DNA from: Chitinophagales bacterium
GTDB taxonomy: Bacteria; Bacteroidota; Bacteroidia; Chitinophagales; UBA8649
NCBI GenBank assembly: GCA_037624485.1
Contig: JASJJC010000009.1
Location: forward strand, 178,674 to 242,673
Reading direction: 5' to 3'
DNA length: 64,000 bases
Shown one piece after another: positions 16,975 through 26,823 of the stretch (positions within the stretch are counted from its first letter, which is position 1; each line of letters starts with the position of its first letter). The position numbers were made by a program, and so were the translations under genes. The notes below the pieces were generated by a model. The model was given only the letters and a program-made list of their open reading frames with translations, had not been told where the DNA came from and searched no databases.

Positions 16975-19900
16975 ATGGTGGATTTAAAAATTAAACGACT
17001 CCTCGTTGCAAATCGCGGGGAAATTGCAATAAGAATATTTAGAGCAGCTACAGAGCTAAAAATAACAACAGTTGGGTTGTATACCTATGAGGATAGGTAC
17101 TCTCTGCATCGTTATAAGGCTGATGAAGCTTACCAAATAGGGGCTTCCGAGGAGCCCTTAAAGCCCTATCTTGATATTGAGGAGATCATTGCACTTGCTA
17201 AATCAAAGGGTGTCGATGCTATTCACCCTGGTTATGGCTTTCTCTCAGAGAACGTAAATTTTGCAATAAGATGCCGTGAGGAAGGTATAATTTTTATCGG
17301 TCCTTCACCCGAATCAATGAACCAACTTGGCGATAAAGTGGCAGCAAAGAAAATCGCGCGAGCCACTAATGTTCCCGTTATAGAAGGTAGTCAATTAGAC
17401 GTTGATGGGGCTGCAGATGCATTGAAAGAGGCACAGACGATAGGTTATCCAATAATGGTAAAAGCTGCTGCTGGTGGCGGTGGTCGCGGAATGCGTGTGG
17501 TAAGAAGTGATGATCAATTAGTACAGGCATTTAACGAGTCAAAAAATGAGGCTAAAAAGGCTTTTGGAATTGATACTATATTTTTAGAAAAATTCATTGA
17601 AAATCCAAAACATATAGAGGTTCAATTGCTTGGGGATCATCATGGAAATTTGGTGCATTTATATGAGCGTGATTGCTCTGTTCAGCGACGTTTTCAAAAA
17701 GTGGTAGAAGTTGCTCCTGCTCCCTCTTTAAAGCAGAAGACTAAAGACAAGTTATATGAATATGCAATACGAATTGGCAAGCATGTTGGATATTATAATG
17801 CAGGAACGGTTGAATTTTTAGTTGATGCTGAAGAAAATATATATTTCATAGAGGTTAATCCAAGAATACAAGTTGAGCATACGATAACAGAAGAGGTGAC
17901 GGGTATAGACATTGTAAGAACGCAAATTCTAATAGCCGATGGCTTACCCTTAAGTCATTCAAGTATTTTCATTAATGAGCAAAGTGATATTAAATTAGAC
18001 GGATTTGCCATCCAATGTAGAATAACCACGGAGGACCCCTTAAATAATTTTCAACCGGATTATGGGACCATAATTGCCTATAGAAATGCTGCGGGGATGG
18101 GAATACGCCTCGATGAAGGGAGTTCTTATCCTGGGGTTACTGTTTCGCCATTTTTTGATAGTATGTTAGTGAAGGTTTCTGCTTGGGGTCGAACTCTTCG
18201 CGGTGCAGCAGAAAGATTAGATAGAGCGCTCATTGAATTTAGAATACGGGGTGTTAAGACGAATATACCTTTCTTGCAAAATGTAGTGAAACACCCGGTT
18301 TTTGTGAGTGGCAAACAAAATGTTGGATTTATAGATGCACATCCGGAGTTGCTTGAGTTTGGTAAGAAAAGAGATCGGGCAACGAAGACATTGACGTATA
18401 TCGGAAACATTATATTAAATGGAAATAGCGATGTAAAGTTTGTTGATGAAGGGAAGGTGTTAAGAGTACCTAAGGTTCCGAGTTACGATAAATCAAAAGC
18501 CTACCCAAGAGGCAGTAAAGATATTTTGTTAGAGAAGGGGCGAGATGAGTTTTGTAAATGGATGAAAGAAGAGCCGGGTATATTTTATACGGATACAACA
18601 TTCAGAGATGCACACCAGTCTTTACTGGCAACTCGAGTAAGGACTAGAGATATGTTGATGGTTGCTGAAAGTTTCGCGAAAAATCATCCAGAAATCTTTT
18701 CTATGGAGATCTGGGGTGGAGCAACTTTTGATGTTTGTATGCGCTTTTTAAAGGAAGATCCTTGGATGCGACTGCAATTATTAAGGGAGGCAATGCCTAA
18801 CATTTTAACTCAAATGTTGTTAAGGAGTAGTAATGCCGTGGGCTATGCGGCATATCCAGACAATTTAGTGGCTAAATTTATAGAGAAAGCTGCCGAAAAT
18901 GGTATGGATGTGTTTAGGATATTTGACTCCTTAAACTGGACCAAATCAATGGCATTGAGTATTAAAACCGTGCGAGATGAAACCAACAGCTTGGCTGAGG
19001 CTTGTATCTGTTATACGGGAGATATCCTAGATGAGAGTAAGACTAAATTTAATCTACAATATTATATAGATTTAGCGCGGGAGTTAGAAGATATGGGAGC
19101 ACATATCCTAGGAATAAAGGATATGGCCGGATTGCTTACTCCGTTTGCTGCAGAGAAGTTAATCACGAACTTGAAAAATGCAGTAGATATTCCTATACAT
19201 CTTCACACTCATGATACTTCATCTGTTCAATCTGCCACCTACTTAAAAGCAGTTGAGGCAGGGGTGGATGCCGTGGATGTAGCATTGGCAAGTATGAGCG
19301 GTCTGACCTCTCAGCCAAACTTTAACTCCATTGTTCACATGCTAAAAGGTCATGAAAGAGAAACAAAAATAGACCTTCAAACACTGAATCAATTTTCAAA
19401 TTATTGGGAAGATGTGCGGGAGTATTATTACCCATTCGAATCTGAACTAAAAGCGGGTACTGCGCAAGTTTATGAAAATGAAATTCCAGGAGGGCAGTAT
19501 TCCAATTTGAGACCGCAAGCCCGTGGACTCGGTATTGAGGATCAGTTTGAAACAATCAAACAGAATTATCAAATTGCTAATGAGTTGTTTGGAGATGTGG
19601 TTAAGGTTACTCCTTCCAGTAAGGTAGTTGGCGATATGGCTATGTTTATGACCAGTAATGCTTACACTCGGGAGGATATTCTTACGAAAGGAGAAGATAT
19701 TTCATTTCCAGATTCAGTGATTAATTTCTTTAAAGGAGATATTGGACAACCACATGGCGGATTTCCGCAAGAACTTCAGCAAATAATTTTAAAAAATCAA
19801 GAAGCCTATACTGATCGGCCAAATGAGCATTTAGAGCCTGTAGATTTTGAAAGGGAATTGGTGCAATTCAAGAGGCAGTTTGGGAAACATAAAACAGAAT

Positions 19901-20421
19901 TGGATTTCTTAAGCTATAAGCTGTACCCTAAAGTTTATAAAGATTTTCATGATTTCAATGAAGTAAATGGAGATGTTTGGGTTATTCCAACACCTACTTT
20001 TTTCTATGGAATGAAGCAGAATGAAGAAATAATGGTAGAAATTTCTGCGGGTAAAAGTATGATTGTAAAATATTTAAATACAACTGCACCAGATGATGAG
20101 GGTAATTGTCAAGTTTACTTTAAGCTGAATGGTCAAAATCGGCATATTCAGCTAAGGAATGAAAAGCTGAATATAGAAATAAAGACACATCGGAAAGTTG
20201 CTGCAGAAAATGAAATAGGGGCACCTCTGCAAGGTAAGCTTACGCAGATATTGGTTAAAAAAGGGGATGAAGTAAAAAAGAACTCTCCTTTATTCTTAAT
20301 AGAAGCTATGAAAATGGAAAGTACTGTAGTTGCTCCATTTGATGGTCATATTGAAGAAGTATTGCTAGAGGGCAACCAAATGGTGCATCAAGATGACCTT
20401 GTGGTGATAATAGCGCAATAA
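16975..20421 (+). CDS. pyc: Pyruvate carboxylase (single-chain, biotin-dependent)
   Basis: 1148 aa. Biotin carboxylase N-terminus (KRLLVANRGEIAIR), carboxyltransferase TIM-barrel region, and a C-terminal biotinyl motif EAMKMES. Confidence 0.9.
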   Translation: MVDLKIKRLLVANRGEIAIRIFRAATELKITTVGLYTYEDRYSLHRYKADEAYQIGASEEPLKPYLDIEEIIALAKSKGVDAIHPGYGFLSENVNFAIRCREEGIIFIGPSPESMNQLGDKVAAKKIARATNVPVIEGSQLDVDGAADALKEAQTIGYPIMVKAAAGGGGRGMRVVRSDDQLVQAFNESKNEAKKAFGIDTIFLEKFIENPKHIEVQLLGDHHGNLVHLYERDCSVQRRFQKVVEVAPAPSLKQKTKDKLYEYAIRIGKHVGYYNAGTVEFLVDAEENIYFIEVNPRIQVEHTITEEVTGIDIVRTQILIADGLPLSHSSIFINEQSDIKLDGFAIQCRITTEDPLNNFQPDYGTIIAYRNAAGMGIRLDEGSSYPGVTVSPFFDSMLVKVSAWGRTLRGAAERLDRALIEFRIRGVKTNIPFLQNVVKHPVFVSGKQNVGFIDAHPELLEFGKKRDRATKTLTYIGNIILNGNSDVKFVDEGKVLRVPKVPSYDKSKAYPRGSKDILLEKGRDEFCKWMKEEPGIFYTDTTFRDAHQSLLATRVRTRDMLMVAESFAKNHPEIFSMEIWGGATFDVCMRFLKEDPWMRLQLLREAMPNILTQMLLRSSNAVGYAAYPDNLVAKFIEKAAENGMDVFRIFDSLNWTKSMALSIKTVRDETNSLAEACICYTGDILDESKTKFNLQYYIDLARELEDMGAHILGIKDMAGLLTPFAAEKLITNLKNAVDIPIHLHTHDTSSVQSATYLKAVEAGVDAVDVALASMSGLTSQPNFNSIVHMLKGHERETKIDLQTLNQFSNYWEDVREYYYPFESELKAGTAQVYENEIPGGQYSNLRPQARGLGIEDQFETIKQNYQIANELFGDVVKVTPSSKVVGDMAMFMTSNAYTREDILTKGEDISFPDSVINFFKGDIGQPHGGFPQELQQIILKNQEAYTDRPNEHLEPVDFERELVQFKRQFGKHKTELDFLSYKLYPKVYKDFHDFNEVNGDVWVIPTPTFFYGMKQNEEIMVEISAGKSMIVKYLNTTAPDDEGNCQVYFKLNGQNRHIQLRNEKLNIEIKTHRKVAAENEIGAPLQGKLTQILVKKGDEVKKNSPLFLIEAMKMESTVVAPFDGHIEEVLLEGNQMVHQDDLVVIIAQ

Positions 20422-20611
20422 GCTGATCTAAGGGCAGGTGAGTGCTGTGAATAAGTTGTTTCTTTCTGTTAAACGCCATGAGCATAAGTAGCCTTTCTAT
20501 TCTTTCTTTTCAGTAAAAAATTACTGATCACATGTAAAATGCTAATTCTTTCAGTGATGACGATAGACCCTGAGGTTACTTTTTAGGCCACACCTTATTC
20601 ATATTATTCAA

Positions 20612-21070
20612 TTAGTACCTATTTTTTATACGATCTAATTCTCGTCTGGTATCTTTTTCTTTGATGCTATGTCGTTTGTCAAAGCTTTTTTTACCTCGTG
20701 CTACGCCAATGTCTAACTTTGCCAATCCTCGTTCGGATAGAAATAAACGAAGTGGGATAATCGTAAGCCCTTTCTCAGTTATCTTTCTATCAATCTGTTT
20801 TAACTCCCCCTTGTTTACTAAAAGCTTTCTTGGTTGGTTCGGCACATGATTGTAGTGGGTGCCAAATGTATACTCAGCAATATGCATATTAACAACAAAT
20901 AATTCCCCTCTACGCATCTGGCAAAAGGCTTCATTGATATGTGCTTTGCTTGATCGAATTGCTTTAATCTCAGTGCCTGTCAATTGTATTCCCGCAGTAT
21001 ATGTTTGAAGAATCTCAAAGTCGAATTTAGCTCGCTTATTCTTAATATGTATAGGTGTTTGCTTCACCAT
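20612..21070 (-). CDS. smpB: SsrA-binding protein SmpB
   Basis: 152 aa. NKRAKFDFEI...GIQLTGTEIKAIR is characteristic of SmpB. Confidence 0.9.
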   Translation of the reverse strand: MVKQTPIHIKNKRAKFDFEILQTYTAGIQLTGTEIKAIRSSKAHINEAFCQMRRGELFVVNMHIAEYTFGTHYNHVPNQPRKLLVNKGELKQIDRKITEKGLTIIPLRLFLSERGLAKLDIGVARGKKSFDKRHSIKEKDTRRELDRIKNRY

Positions 21071-21385
21071 TCAAAGGTAGCAAAAAGAACATCAATCGTA
21101 GGCGTAGAATTTATATCTGCCCAATTGTGATTATTGAGGAAGTATTCTCTAGTTAATGGTGGTAAAATATACTTGGATCATCCTTTACACGTAAATATTA
21201 GCCAATGTTTCTTAAAGCAATTTCCCCGTGATTTAAAATGCGGGCAATGTTAATGTGAGTAAACTTATAAACTTTTACAAGTAACTTATAACCAGCAACT
21301 TACAAGCTTACTTCCACAACATGAGCATCGATATCCACATCTTCCAATGTTGGTTATCCACAAAAATAACTATGGTTTTGCATAA

Positions 21386-21478
21386 AATGTGAGTAAATAT
21401 TGGTGGTAATAAATGGGTAAATGTGGGAAAATGTGTCAAAAGTGTATACTTTTGTGAAAGATTTAAAAACATAGTGGA
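21386..21478 (+). promoter_or_regulatory. Phased GTG(G/T)-repeat array over the mraZ promoter (candidate MraZ operator)
   Basis: GTG-core pentamers start at 21389, 21403, (TGGGT 21414), 21423, 21433, 21442, 21454 and 21474. Four consecutive 10-bp units are AAATGGGTAA/ATGTGGGAAA/ATGTGTCAAA/AGTGTATACT. Confidence 0.45.
21447..21454 (+). promoter_or_regulatory. Candidate -7 promoter box (TACTTTTG) of the dcw operon (Pmra)
   Basis: Exact TAnnTTTG, 30 nt upstream of the mraZ ATG, embedded in the GTG-repeat array. Confidence 0.45.
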
Positions 21479-21484
21479 TAACTA

Positions 21485-21955
21485 ATGAGCTTTTTAGGAG
21501 AATATGAATTAAAGTTGGATGCGAAAGGTCGTATGCGTTTGCCAGGTGCTCTAAAGCAGCAGATTAATCCTGAGGCTAAAGGCCGTTTTGTGGTTAATAG
21601 AGGTTTTGAGGAGTGTTTGGAGATTTATCCTATTGATGTTTGGCAGCAGGTTCGAAAAAAGGTTGAACGTTTAAATCAATTTAAGAAAAAAGAAAGAGCG
21701 TTTATTCGTTACTTTCTGCGCGGAGCGACGGAGGTGGTTTTAGATAGTGCAGATCGTTTAAATGTCCCTAAGCATTTATTGGATTATGCTGGAATCAAAG
21801 GAGCGGCAATTATTACTCCTGGGAAAAATACTCTAGAACTCTGGAATAAAGAAAAATACGAAAATGAACTGGCATTGGATTCTGACTCATTTGCGGATCT
21901 CGCTGAGGATGTTTTGGGTGATTTTGATATAGATGTAGAGGATACAAAAGAATAG
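21485..21955 (+). CDS. mraZ: Transcriptional regulator MraZ
   Basis: 156 aa. Two SpoVT-AbrB-like halves, each with a DxxxR motif (DAKGRMRLP, DSADRLNVP). First gene of the dcw cluster. Confidence 0.9.
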   Translation: MSFLGEYELKLDAKGRMRLPGALKQQINPEAKGRFVVNRGFEECLEIYPIDVWQQVRKKVERLNQFKKKERAFIRYFLRGATEVVLDSADRLNVPKHLLDYAGIKGAAIITPGKNTLELWNKEKYENELALDSDSFADLAEDVLGDFDIDVEDTKE

Positions 21956-21961
21956 GGGGAT

Positions 21962-22870
21962 ATGGAAAATCACGATTATCATATATCCGTTCTTTTACAA
22001 GAGTGCATTACTGCCTTAAATATAAATCCATCCGGTCGATATGTCGACGTTACATTTGGCGGGGGAGGGCACTCCAAGGAAATACTTAAATATCTTACTG
22101 ATGGTCGTTTGTTTGTCTTTGATCAAGATGAAGATGCGATTGCAAACATTCCAGCTAACACACAGTTAACTTTTGTGGGCCACAACTTTAGATTTCTTAA
22201 GCGATTTCTTGCTTATCATCAGGAAATTCCAGTGGATGGAATTTTAGCTGACCTCGGGATAAGCTCGTATCAAATTGATTCAGGAAGTAAAGGCTTCTCT
22301 ACTCGTTTTGAAGGGCCAATGGATATGCGGATGAATCAAAATTCAGGCCTTACTGCAAGTGATATTTTACACGACTATAATGAAATTGAGTTAGTGCGCA
22401 TATTTTCAGAATATGGAGAGGTGAGGAATTCAAAAACTCTTGCATCTGCTATCGTTGCAGCAAGGCAAAATGGTGTCCGCTTCGAAAGCACATTGGCATT
22501 CATTGCATTTTTGGATAACTACACCATGGGAGGAAATCCAAACAAGTATTATGCACAGGTCTTTCAGGCGCTAAGGATCGAGGTTAATGATGAAATGAAC
22601 GCTTTAAAGGATATGTTAACTCAGAGCTATAATGTCTTGGGTAAAGGGGGGCGATTGGCGGTGATTACCTTTCATTCATTGGAGGATCGGATTGTCAAAA
22701 ATTTCATGAAATCAGGGAATTTTGAAGGAATTCGGATAAGCGACGAATATGGCAAAAGCAAGAAATATTTTAAGTTGATCAGCAAAAAGCCAATTGAGGC
22801 CAGTAAAGAAGAGTTGAAGCTAAACAAGCGTTCACGGAGTGCAAAATTAAGAATTGCTGAAAAGATATAA
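21962..22870 (+). CDS. rsmH: 16S rRNA (cytosine1402-N4)-methyltransferase RsmH
   Basis: 302 aa. HISVLLQE, SAM motif TFGGGGHS, ITFHSLEDR. Confidence 0.9.
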   Translation: MENHDYHISVLLQECITALNINPSGRYVDVTFGGGGHSKEILKYLTDGRLFVFDQDEDAIANIPANTQLTFVGHNFRFLKRFLAYHQEIPVDGILADLGISSYQIDSGSKGFSTRFEGPMDMRMNQNSGLTASDILHDYNEIELVRIFSEYGEVRNSKTLASAIVAARQNGVRFESTLAFIAFLDNYTMGGNPNKYYAQVFQALRIEVNDEMNALKDMLTQSYNVLGKGGRLAVITFHSLEDRIVKNFMKSGNFEGIRISDEYGKSKKYFKLISKKPIEASKEELKLNKRSRSAKLRIAEKI

Positions 22871-23232
22871 TGGAGAATTTAGACGAACATAAAGCTGAAG
22901 AAGCTGCCGTTTATTCTTGGGAAGATCGATTGAAAGAAGTCTTGCGATTTGATGAGAAGAATTGGTTTAATAATCTTCCGCTTATTTTATTTATTGCCGC
23001 ATTGGGAGTTCTTCATGTAGCCAACAATCATACTGCTATTAATAAAATTCGACAAAGTAATTCATTAGAGCAAGATATAAAGGAATTGCGCTGGACTTAT
23101 ATGACTTCTAAATCAGAACTCATGTATAAAAGTAAGCAGAGTGAGGTATCTAAAATGGTTAATGCCATGGGCTTGAAAGAGTTAACAAAGCCTCCATTCA
23201 AAATAGTAATTAATAACGATGACTATAAATAA
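22870..23232 (+). CDS. ftsL: FtsL-like cell-division protein (single-TM)
   Basis: 120 aa, one TM helix followed by a coiled-coil-like segment. Conserved position between rsmH and ftsI. TAATG start/stop overlap with rsmH. Confidence 0.55.
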   Translation: MENLDEHKAEEAAVYSWEDRLKEVLRFDEKNWFNNLPLILFIAALGVLHVANNHTAINKIRQSNSLEQDIKELRWTYMTSKSELMYKSKQSEVSKMVNAMGLKELTKPPFKIVINNDDYK

Positions 23233-25357
23233 ACGAAAGGAAATAGTTTGGCGCATGTGGGTTGCGATACTGATACCAGTATTAGCAGGCTTGGCTATTG
23301 TTTCTCAGTCATTTAAAATACAAGTATATGAAGGTCCCGCTTTACGTCAGCTAGCAGATAGCCTGACTATTGTATCCCGGTCTATTGATGCAGAGCGCGG
23401 CAATATTTACACTGAGGATGGAAGCTTGTTGTCCACTTCTTTGCCGTTTTTTGAAATTAGGATGGACTTTAAGTCTGAACCAATGACAGACAAAATTTTT
23501 AACAATAATGTAGACTCTCTTGCTTATATGTTGAGTGTTTATGTTGGTGCTAAATCTCAAACAGCTTATAAAGACCAGTTAATTGCTAATCGGCAAAAGG
23601 GTAATAGGTATTATCTCGTCAAGCGAAATGTTACTTATCCAGAGTTAAAGAAAATGTATGATTGGCCGTTTTTTAGATTAGGACGATACCAGTCGGGGAT
23701 GATTGTTTTGCAGAAAAACAAAAGAATTACACCTTTCGGGATTTTGGCTGAACGGACGATTGGATGGAAGCGAATTGTGCCAAATCCGGATATTGATGGT
23801 AAGATGGATACTATTCGTGTGGGTATCGAAGGAAAGTTTGATGAATACCTTGCAGGTATAGAAGGTCAAATGTTAATGCAGCGAATTTCAGGTGGTGATT
23901 ATATCCCCTTGAATGGTCAGGGAGATATTGAACCTAAGGCTGGTAATGATGTAAAAATGACACTCGATATCAATATTCAAGATGTGGCAGAGTCCGCTTT
24001 GAAAAAAGCACTCATTGCTAGAAATGCCGATAATGGATGTGCGGTTGTAATGGAAGTCAAAACGGGCAAGATAAAAGCAATTGCCAATCTCACTTACCGG
24101 AAGGATGTAGGTGGTTATAAGGAGTATTATAATTACGCGGTTGGAGCAAATACAGAGCCTGGTTCTACTTTTAAGTTGATGTCGATGGCGGCATTGTTAG
24201 AGGATGGACTTTTGACTAATGTCAACGAAGAAACTGTGGACGTTGAGGGTGGAGTTAAGCATTATGCAGATAGAACAATGCGGGATGTACATGTTTTCTC
24301 AAATGACACCATCACGGTAAAGGAAGCGTTTGCATATTCTTCCAACGTGGCAATTTCGAAGTTAGTAACTGAACGCTATGGTGATAATGTTTCTAAGTTC
24401 TATGATAGGCTGCTTAAAATGCATTTACAGAATCCAGTGGGCATTGAAATTACGGGTGAAACTGCACCAACTATTCACCCGCCTTCAACTTGGAGTTTGG
24501 TTTCCTTGCCTTGGATGAGCACGGGCTACGAAATTCAAATGAGCCCTTTACAAATTCTAACTTTTTATAATGCCATTGCAAACGATGGGAAAATGATGAA
24601 ACCTTACCTTGTTTCTGGCATAAAAGATTTGGACGAAACCATCAAGGAGTTCGGTCCTGTGGTGATCGATGATGCCGTGGTCAGTCTTTCAACGGTAAAA
24701 GAATTGAAAAATCTTTTAAATGGCGTTTTTGAATTTGGTTCTGCTAGACATCTAAAGTCAGGCGGTCAACTGACAATGGCTGGCAAAACCGGTACAGCCA
24801 GAATTGCCAATGCGATAACTCAGTATAAAGATAAAGTTTATCAAGCTTCATTTGTTGGATATTTCCCTGCTGATTATCCCCTATATTCCTGTATTGTGGT
24901 TATAAATAATCCTAAAAATGGATATTATGGTGGAGCTGTTGCAGGTCCGGTCTTTGCTGAAATTGCAAATAAAATTTATGCCAATGGTATAGAGATGCAT
25001 CAAAGTATTCAAACCAATCCTCTTGTAAGCGACTATACTATTCCAAGAATTGGCAATCTTCAGAGTAAAGACGCTCAAGTGATCTACAATAAGCTAGGTT
25101 TCTCTTTCCATTCAGATATCAACGCGGATTATGGGATTGCAAAAAAGGCAATCAATTCAATGTCCATGAATGCCAATAATCTTATTGGGGGGCTAGTACC
25201 CAATTTGTTGGAAATGGATTTAAAAGACGCCTTGTATGTAGCTGAAAATGCAGGATTAAAGGTGCAAGTAAATGGTGCAGGGAAAGTGAAAAAACAAAGT
25301 TTAACTGCTGGGAGATCTTGTTCGCCAGGGCAAAATATAATATTGGAATTATTTTGA
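23219..25357 (+). CDS. ftsI: Penicillin-binding protein (FtsI/PBP3-type transpeptidase) with C-terminal PASTA-like region
   Basis: 712 aa. N-terminal TM anchor and transpeptidase motifs STFK, SSN and KTGT. Confidence 0.85.
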   Translation: MTINKRKEIVWRMWVAILIPVLAGLAIVSQSFKIQVYEGPALRQLADSLTIVSRSIDAERGNIYTEDGSLLSTSLPFFEIRMDFKSEPMTDKIFNNNVDSLAYMLSVYVGAKSQTAYKDQLIANRQKGNRYYLVKRNVTYPELKKMYDWPFFRLGRYQSGMIVLQKNKRITPFGILAERTIGWKRIVPNPDIDGKMDTIRVGIEGKFDEYLAGIEGQMLMQRISGGDYIPLNGQGDIEPKAGNDVKMTLDINIQDVAESALKKALIARNADNGCAVVMEVKTGKIKAIANLTYRKDVGGYKEYYNYAVGANTEPGSTFKLMSMAALLEDGLLTNVNEETVDVEGGVKHYADRTMRDVHVFSNDTITVKEAFAYSSNVAISKLVTERYGDNVSKFYDRLLKMHLQNPVGIEITGETAPTIHPPSTWSLVSLPWMSTGYEIQMSPLQILTFYNAIANDGKMMKPYLVSGIKDLDETIKEFGPVVIDDAVVSLSTVKELKNLLNGVFEFGSARHLKSGGQLTMAGKTGTARIANAITQYKDKVYQASFVGYFPADYPLYSCIVVINNPKNGYYGGAVAGPVFAEIANKIYANGIEMHQSIQTNPLVSDYTIPRIGNLQSKDAQVIYNKLGFSFHSDINADYGIAKKAINSMSMNANNLIGGLVPNLLEMDLKDALYVAENAGLKVQVNGAGKVKKQSLTAGRSCSPGQNIILELF

Positions 25358-26817
25358 GAAAACTAGTTGACATATTAAAAGCTGTAAAGTTTAAAGAGAT
25401 TGTAGGGGATAGCAATAAAAACATTCTTGGCTTGACTCTTGACTCTAGAGATGTTCGTGAAGCTTCAATCTTTGTTGCAATAAAAGGGAGTCAAACAGAT
25501 GGACATGCATATGTCTCTGAGGTTGATGGTGTTGCAGCTGCAGTAATTTGTGAAGTGTTGCCTGAGTCCATGAAAGCATCATGCACCTATGTGTTAGTGG
25601 AGGATTCTTCCAAATCTTTAGGTCTCATTGCCTCAAATTTTTATGGTAACCCTTCTGCTCAATTGAAATTAGTAGCTGTCACTGGCACAAATGGAAAGAC
25701 TTCTGTGGCGACTATGCTTTTTCAATTGTTTAAGCAAATGGGATATCAATGTGGTCTATTATCAACTGTTGAGAACAGAATTGGAAATCAGCTTATTCCT
25801 TCTACTCATACGACTCCTCATGCAATAGCAGTTAACTCTTTATTAGCTAGGATGGTTGAAAATGGCTGTTCTCATTGCTTTATGGAGGCTAGCTCTCATG
25901 CAATAGATCAAAATAGAATCCATGGATTGGATATTGACGGGGCTATATTCACCAACTTGACTCATGACCACTTAGATTATCACAAGACTTTTAAAGAATA
26001 CCTAAAAGCTAAGAAGAGCCTGTTTGACGGATTGAGCAAAAACGCCTTCGCTCTGAGCAATGCGGATGACAAAAATGCCAAGGTGATGTTGCAAAATACC
26101 GCAGCTAAAAAGCTTTACTATGCATTAACTGGAAATGCAGAATTTTCTGGCCGTGTTATAGAAAGCGATTTCAATGGTATGATGTTGAACATGAATGGCC
26201 AAGAATTGCATGTCAAGTTGATTGGGTCTTTTAATGCCTATAATTTATTGGCTGTTTATGGCGCTGCTTTGCTGTTGGGTGAAGACGAAACAGAGGTGCT
26301 TGTTGCGATGAGCACGATTGAAGGTGCAGAAGGAAGATTTGAATATATGCTTTCTTCTCAAGAAAGAATAGTTGGAATAGTCGATTATGCCCACACGCCA
26401 GACGCTTTAAAGAAGGTTTTGGAAACGATAAATCAGCTGAATACACAACGGAATCAATTGATCACGGTAGTTGGATGTGGAGGTGATAGAGATAAAAGTA
26501 AACGCCCACTTATGGCCGCTATTGCCGCAAGATTAAGCAGCAAGGCGATTTACACTTCAGACAACCCTCGGTCAGAAGACCCCAATATCATATTAGATGA
26601 GATGCAAGATGGTGTTGGCGTGCTGGATAAGAAGAAAGTATTAGTTATTGAAAATAGAAAACAAGCGATTAAAACTGCTTGTATGATGGCGAATACAGAA
26701 GATATTATTCTTGTGGCTGGTAAAGGGCATGAGAGTTATCAAGACGTCAAGGGAGTGAAATCTCATTTTGACGATAAAGAGGAATTGGAAGCAGCTTTTA
26801 AACAATTGAATAAATAG
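25318..26817 (+). CDS. murE: UDP-N-acetylmuramoyl-L-alanyl-D-glutamate--2,6-diaminopimelate ligase
   Basis: 499 aa. P-loop VTGTNGKTS and a DNPR motif (SDNPRSEDP). The ATG at 25318 overlaps ftsI by 40 nt. An alternative TTG at 25354 overlaps the ftsI stop (TTTTGA) and gives a more typical N-terminus (RKLVDILK). Confidence 0.88.
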   Translation: MFARAKYNIGIILRKLVDILKAVKFKEIVGDSNKNILGLTLDSRDVREASIFVAIKGSQTDGHAYVSEVDGVAAAVICEVLPESMKASCTYVLVEDSSKSLGLIASNFYGNPSAQLKLVAVTGTNGKTSVATMLFQLFKQMGYQCGLLSTVENRIGNQLIPSTHTTPHAIAVNSLLARMVENGCSHCFMEASSHAIDQNRIHGLDIDGAIFTNLTHDHLDYHKTFKEYLKAKKSLFDGLSKNAFALSNADDKNAKVMLQNTAAKKLYYALTGNAEFSGRVIESDFNGMMLNMNGQELHVKLIGSFNAYNLLAVYGAALLLGEDETEVLVAMSTIEGAEGRFEYMLSSQERIVGIVDYAHTPDALKKVLETINQLNTQRNQLITVVGCGGDRDKSKRPLMAAIAARLSSKAIYTSDNPRSEDPNIILDEMQDGVGVLDKKKVLVIENRKQAIKTACMMANTEDIILVAGKGHESYQDVKGVKSHFDDKEELEAAFKQLNK

Positions 26818-26823
26818 ATCACT

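Noticed and set aside
21072-21079. A TAnnTTTG match (TACCTTTG, minus strand) directly abutting the smpB start codon.
   Set aside because: The geometry would place the transcription start inside the coding sequence, and SmpB has no downstream alternative start. It is likely a chance match.
21331-21481. Three DnaA-box-like 9-mers upstream of mraZ: ATATCCACA (21331-39), a perfect TTATCCACA (21354-62) and TTATCCACT on the opposite strand (21473-81). This raised the possibility of oriC.
   Set aside because: There are only three boxes. No dnaA, dnaN or other origin-linked genes are present, and there is no obvious AT-rich 13-mer unwinding element. The GTGGAT core overlaps the GTG(G)-repeat family better explained as an MraZ-type operator. 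A GC-skew analysis of the whole genome would settle it.
20422-21484. A search for tmRNA (ssrA) next to smpB, and for tRNA, SRP or RNase P RNAs in the larger spacers (11508-11819, 20422-20611, 36851-37087, 39277-39600).
   Set aside because: No GGGGCTGA-type 5' end, tRNA-like T-arm (GGTTCGAATCC) or CCA-proximal acceptor pairing was visible by eye. A covariance-model scan would be needed to be certain.
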